The position numbers and the translations under genes were made by a program. Below are positions 59,159 through 64,000 of a DNA stretch of 64,000 nt, in pieces. Source of the DNA: an uncultured Candidatus Rokubacteria bacterium. GTDB taxonomy: Bacteria > Methylomirabilota > Methylomirabilia > Rokubacteriales > CSP1-6. The stretch lies in the NCBI GenBank assembly GCA_963747235.1, contig CAVVEU010000040.1, positions 224,001-288,000 of the forward strand. The letters are read 5' to 3'. The notes under the pieces were generated by a model. It saw only the letters and a program-made list of their open reading frames with translations. It had not been told where the DNA came from and searched no databases. Each line of letters opens with the position of its first letter. Positions within the stretch are counted from its first letter, which is position 1.

Positions 59159-60018
59159 GTGACCGCGTGGACGCGGCGGGCTCTCGCGCTGGGCGCGGCG
59201 CTGACTTTCACGGTGATGGGCACCGGCATCGGCCCTGGCGATCCCGGGCCGCGCGCCGCCCGCGCCGACGGGATCATGCTCATCCAGGCCGGCGCGTTCT
59301 GGATGGGGAGCGACGACGGCGCCCCCGACGAGCGCGCCGCTCCACCGCGTCTTCGTCCGCGTCTTCTGGCTGGACCGCCACAAGGTCACGAACCGGGAGG
59401 TCGCGCTCTTCCTCGAGGCGCGCGGCCTCCGGAGCGCCGAGGGCATGGACTACTTCGACGCCGGCGACCCCGATGCCCGCATCCACCGGCGCGACGGCCG
59501 CTTCACCGCCGACCCGGGCTTCGAGGACCATCCGGCCGTGGAGGTCTCCTGGTACGGCGCCCGCGACTACTGCCTCTGGCAGGGCAAGCGGCTGCCCACC
59601 GAGGCCGAGTGGGAGAAGGCGGCCCGGGGGGCGGACCGCCGCCGCTACCCCTGGGGCGACAGCCCGCCCGGGCCCGAGCACGCGGTCTTCGGACGCGCCC
59701 TACAACGCGACCGACCGGACCGATGGCCGTCCCTCGGGCGCCGGGCCGACCGGGGTCCAGGATCTCCTCGGCAACCTGCGGGAGTGGACCGCCTCCGAGT
59801 ACCGCCCCTACCCCTACCGCCCGGACGACGGCCGCGAGGCGGCCGGCCCCCGCGCCGCGCGCGTGGTGCGGGGCGCCAGCCACGACGATCCCCCGGAGAC
59901 GTTGCGGGTGACGATCCGGCGCTTCTACTCGTATGATGGACCCCACCGCGGCCTGGCCCGTGGCCACCACCACGTCGGGTTTCGCTGCGCGACCTCGGAG
60001 GACCTGGGAGGATATTGA
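59159..60018 (+). CDS. Formylglycine-generating enzyme (SUMF1/EgtB/PvdO) family protein, frameshifted
   Basis: N-terminal signal/TM, AGAFWMGS, VTN, HPAVEVSW, RLPTEAEWEKAARG, YPWG, DLLGNLREW, VRGAS, GFRCA. Confidence 0.85.
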
Positions 60019-60022
60019 CGCG

Positions 60023-61653
60023 ATGAAAGGCCTGATGATGGATTACCCGCTCACGCTCACCCAGTTCTTCGAGCGCACGCGGCGGCTCTTCCACCGGAAG
60101 ACCATGGCCACGCGGGTGCCGGGCGTGGGGCTCACGCGCTACACCTACGGCGACTACGCGGACCGCGTCTGCCGTCTGGCCGGCGCGCTGCGGGGGCTCG
60201 GCCTGGCCAAGGGCGCACGCGTCGGGACCTTCGCGTGGAACTCGCACCGGCACATGGAGGTGTACTTCGCGGCGCCGCTCATGGGCATGGTGCTCCACAC
60301 CGTGAACATCCGGCTCTCCGCCCAGGACATCACCTACATCATCAACCACGCGGGCGACGAGGTGCTGATCGTCGACGCGAGCCTCTGGCACATCCTCGAG
60401 CCGATCCGGAAGGACCTCACCACCGTCAAGCACGTGATCGTGATGAAGGACACCCCGAGCGCGGAGCTGCCCCCGGGCGCGCTCGACTACGAGCAGCTCG
60501 TGACGGCCACCGCACCGGTCACCGAGTGGCCGCGCATCGAGGAGACCGACGCGGCCGGCATCTGCTACACGTCGGGCACCACCGGCCACCCGAAGGGCGT
60601 GCTCTACACCCACCGCGCGATCTACCTGCACTGCTTCGCCTCGTCCACGGTGGACGTGCTCGGCATCTGCGAGCGCGACGTGATCCTGCACATCGTGCCG
60701 ATGTTCCACGCCAACGCCTGGTGCGTGCCGTTCGCGGGCGTCATGAACGGATCCACCCAGATCTTCGGCGGGCCGAACCCGCAGCCGCGCGACATCATCG
60801 AGATCGTCCACCACGAGAAGGTCACGCTGGTGGGCGCGGTGCCGACGGTGTGGATCGCCATCAATGGCATCCTCGAGAAAGAGCCCCAGTGGGACATCTC
60901 CTCGATCCGCTGCATCCCCATCGGCGGATCGGCGGCGCCGCGGAGCCTGATCGAGCTCTTCGACAAGAAGTACGGCGCCTACATGCTGCACGCCTGGGGC
61001 ATGACCGAGATGACGCCGCTCGGCAGCGTGTGCCGGCCGCGCTCCTACATGGACGCGCTGCCCGAGGACGAGCGCTACGCGGTGCGGGCCAAGCAGGGCG
61101 CGCCCGTCGCGGGCGTGGACATGAGGATCGTGGACGACGCCGGGCACGGTGCTGCCGTGGGACGGGCAAGAGCGCGGGCGAGATCCAGGTGCGCGGGCCG
61201 TGGGTCACCAGCGGCTACTACAACAACGCCGAGGGCGCGGCCCAGTTCACCGAGGACGGCTGGTTCCGCACCGGCGACGTGGCCTCGCTCGACCCCGACG
61301 GCTACATCCAGATCACCGACCGCACCAAGGACCTGATCAAGTCCGGCGGCGAGTGGATCTCGAGCGTGGACATGGAGACCACCATCATGGGCCACCCCAA
61401 GGTGCTGGAGGCCGCGGTCATCGCGGTGCCGCACGAGCGCTGGGTGGAGCGGCCGCTGGCCTGCATCGTGCCCAAGCCGGAGTTCAAGGACGCGCTCACC
61501 GGAGCCGAGATCATGGAGTATCTCAGGCCCCGCGTGGCCAAGTGGTGGCTCCCCGACGAGGTCATCTTCATCGACGCGGTCCCCAAGACCAGCGTCGGCA
61601 AGTTCGACAAGAAGGTCCTCCGCGAGCGCTTCAAGAACTGGCAGCCGAAATAG
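60023..61653 (+). CDS. Long-chain fatty acid--CoA ligase (AlkK/FadD-like), frameshifted
   Basis: [54 protein letters not shown]. Confidence 0.92.
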
Positions 61654-61705
61654 GATGGGGTCAGGTCTTGAACTACGACATTCGTAGACGGCTGGCGGCG
61701 CCCGC

Positions 61706-62800
61706 CTAGCAGCGTTTGGTGAGGGCGGGCCAGTCTTCGCGTGGCAGGACGGGCTCGAACGGGCCGGGCCTGGTGGCGGCCAGGGCCTTGAGGCGGGCGA
61801 TGCGCTCGGCGGGCATCGGGTGCGAGGAGAGATAGGTGAGGGCCTTCGGCTGGGCGCCCTCCTCCTTCTGCATCTTCTCGAAGAAGGCGATCAGGCCGGC
61901 GGGGTCCACGCGGGCGGCCAGCAGCATCTTCATCCCCTCGACGTCGGCCTCCTCCTCGTTCCGCCGCGAGTAGCGCAGATCGCCGAGCGCGCGGGCGGCC
62001 TCGAGCCCGTACGCGAGCGGGCCCGTCACGTCGCCGGTCAGCGCCATCAGCAGGAGCCCGGTGCCCACGTCCTGGATGACCGCGCGCGTGGTGTGGCGTC
62101 GCAGGATGTGCTGGAGCTCGTGGGCCATCACCCCCGCCAGCTCCTCGGGCGTGCCCGTGCGCTCGAGCAGGCCGTGGAAGATCACCACGTGGCCGCCCGG
62201 CGCGGCCAGCGCGTTCACCACCGGCCGGTTCACCACGTAGACCCGCATCGTGTAGGGTGACGGCGGTCCCGCGGCCACGAGCCGCGCCACGATCGCGTCC
62301 ATCGCCGCGCCCAGGGCGGGGTCGCCGCAGCGCCGCGCGGGCGGCGCCAGGTAGGCCACCGCGGACCGGCCCAGGGTCTCCTCCCAGGCCACCGGCACGC
62401 GCGGCGTGACGAGCGCGGCCAGCAACGGGATGCCCCAGAGATAGAGCGCGACGGTGGCCGCGAGCACGCCGCCCGCCGCCACGATCGTCCACCGCAGGCG
62501 CGCGGAACGCCGGCGCGGGTCGTGGAAGCGCGCGCCCACGTGGGGCGAGGCCTCGTGCAGGCTCTGGAGGAACGCGGCGTCGGCAACCAGCAGCGTCTCG
62601 GGCAGCTCCCCGCCCCGCTCGAGCCGCACCTCCTCGCCCGCGTAGGAGCCCTGCGTCTGACGCAGCTCGCGGTAGGGCCAGAGGCGCGCCCCGCCCGCCG
62701 CGGTGGTGAGCTCGAGGCCCTCGCGCATCAGGCGGATGGTCGCCGGCTGGCGCGCCGCGGTCCGCCCGTCCAGATAGGTGCCCTGCCAGTCGGTGCGCAT
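61706..62800 (-). CDS. M48 family metallopeptidase
   Basis: NALAAPGG, AHELQHI (HExxH), YSRRNEEEAD, LSSHP..ERI. Confidence 0.9.
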   Translation of the reverse strand: MRTDWQGTYLDGRTAARQPATIRLMREGLELTTAAGGARLWPYRELRQTQGSYAGEEVRLERGGELPETLLVADAAFLQSLHEASPHVGARFHDPRRRSARLRWTIVAAGGVLAATVALYLWGIPLLAALVTPRVPVAWEETLGRSAVAYLAPPARRCGDPALGAAMDAIVARLVAAGPPSPYTMRVYVVNRPVVNALAAPGGHVVIFHGLLERTGTPEELAGVMAHELQHILRRHTTRAVIQDVGTGLLLMALTGDVTGPLAYGLEAARALGDLRYSRRNEEEADVEGMKMLLAARVDPAGLIAFFEKMQKEEGAQPKALTYLSSHPMPAERIARLKALAATRPGPFEPVLPREDWPALTKRC

Positions 62801-62822
62801 CAGGACGGGGACGCCACGCGGG

Positions 62823-63929
62823 TCAGGCGAGATCGAAGCCGGAGTCGAAGAAGCCGGAGAGCCCCTCGCCCATGGTCGACACGCGCTGCGCCTCCTGCTG
62901 GATGCGCGCGAGATCGAGCGGGCCCAGCAGCGACAGGTTGCGGAACGCGAAGTGGATGTTCCGCACGCGCACCCAGGGCCACGCGATGCCGAGCGTGCCC
63001 ACGAGCAGCAGCAGGTTCACCGCCCAGAGGCTCAGCAGGGCCCGGCCGGTCACCGTGCAGGAGAAGCGCGCGGCGCCGAACGAGGTGTGGTCCCAGAAGT
63101 AGCGGCGCTTGCGCGCGATGTACCACACCCAGCACAACCCGAGCGTCGGCAGGGTGAGCAGGATCGCCTGCACGTAGACCCAGAAGAGATCCCGCCCGCG
63201 GCCCACGAAGTCGAACCGCTCGCTCCCGAAGTACGAGTTCGAGATCATGAACGCCTGCCGCTTCACCAGGAGGATCGGATAGTAGAGCCCCAGGGTGAGG
63301 CCGGTCAGGAAGGTGCCCACGATGACGATCTTCACCAGGTCCCACACGCGCCCCCGGAACGAGAAGCGGATCCCGCGCCACGAGGTCCGGCCCAGCCGGT
63401 AGCGGCGCGCCCCCACCATCGCGACCGGGAAGAGCACGAAGAGCAGGCTGCCCGAGAGCACCCCGGCAAAAACCTTGAGGAGCACGGGCACGTCCAGCAC
63501 GTCGCGGATGATGTTGAGCAGGTAGATCGGCATGCCGAAGACGAGCACCGCCTTGAGCGTGCCCAGGAGCAGCTCCCGTCCCGTGCCGTGATAGGCAAAG
63601 CGATCGCCGTCGATCTCGGTCTGGCCGAAGAGGTACCGCCGCAGGCGCGTCTTGGCCCAGAAGTAGTAGAAGCCGATCGTCACGATCGTCAGCAGCGTGT
63701 TGACGACGTGGATGCCGAAGAGCGTGCCGCCCGTGCCGTGGAAGCTCGGGCGCCGCAGCGTGTCGGAGGGCGGCACGGGCAGGTTCTCGGGGGCACCCGG
63801 CGTGAGCGGCCGCGCCGGTGATGGCGGTACGGGCGGCGGCGGCGCGATCGGCCGGCGGGGAGCGGAACTCCCGTCGGGCGCGGGCTTGCGGAAGAACGAC
63901 GGCCGCTCCGCGGATTCCTGCCCGTCCAT
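62823..63929 (-). CDS. YjgN (DUF898) family membrane protein
   Basis: FHGTGG..FGI..N.LLTIVTIGFY.FWAK.R.RRY, GDRFAYHGTG.E, TSWRGIRF. Paired with M48 as is usual. Confidence 0.88.
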   Translation of the reverse strand: MDGQESAERPSFFRKPAPDGSSAPRRPIAPPPPVPPSPARPLTPGAPENLPVPPSDTLRRPSFHGTGGTLFGIHVVNTLLTIVTIGFYYFWAKTRLRRYLFGQTEIDGDRFAYHGTGRELLLGTLKAVLVFGMPIYLLNIIRDVLDVPVLLKVFAGVLSGSLLFVLFPVAMVGARRYRLGRTSWRGIRFSFRGRVWDLVKIVIVGTFLTGLTLGLYYPILLVKRQAFMISNSYFGSERFDFVGRGRDLFWVYVQAILLTLPTLGLCWVWYIARKRRYFWDHTSFGAARFSCTVTGRALLSLWAVNLLLLVGTLGIAWPWVRVRNIHFAFRNLSLLGPLDLARIQQEAQRVSTMGEGLSGFFDSGFDLA

Positions 63930-64000
63930 AGGCTCCGACTATGGGCGGAATCCGCGCGGCGAGTCAACTTTTGCCCGTCAGTTGGCCGCGAACCGCTCCA

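Noticed and set aside
59159-60018. DGR target (FGE/CLec fold) with a template repeat
   Set aside because: No reverse transcriptase and no near-duplicate TR/VR pair seen in the window.

Overview
GC-rich bacterial chromosomal region of about 60 CDSs. It probably comes from an unpolished long-read assembly: roughly half the genes carry single-base frameshifts but are otherwise full length. Gene content and REP-like repeats suggest Candidatus Rokubacteria/Methylomirabilota (inference only). Main blocks in order: (1) peptide ABC genes; (2) a phosphonate catabolic trio phnA / GcvT-family flavoprotein / phnW with no phnY or phnX, at the end of a long operon with MMPL, DUF72, FmdB, CelD-like GNAT and MshA-like GT4 genes; (3) an ArsN1-like acetyltransferase, an MFS remnant and a LysR regulator; (4) an imuA-imuB-dnaE2 mutagenesis cassette whose DnaE2 carries a 141-aa mini-intein; (5) catabolic CoA/aldolase genes; (6) a GntR-centred divergent locus with livKHMGF, coxLMS-like molybdo-flavoenzyme, PotABCD-like ABC and ComDE-like decarboxylase on one side, and cysteine-synthase-family, CoA-transferase, LLM and pxpA genes on the other; (7) two orphan small genes behind sigma54-type promoters; (8) a RhaEW-like/LLM/TPP operon; (9) FGE-family, acyl-CoA ligase, M48 and YjgN genes. 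No rRNA, tRNA, CRISPR array or intact transposase was seen.
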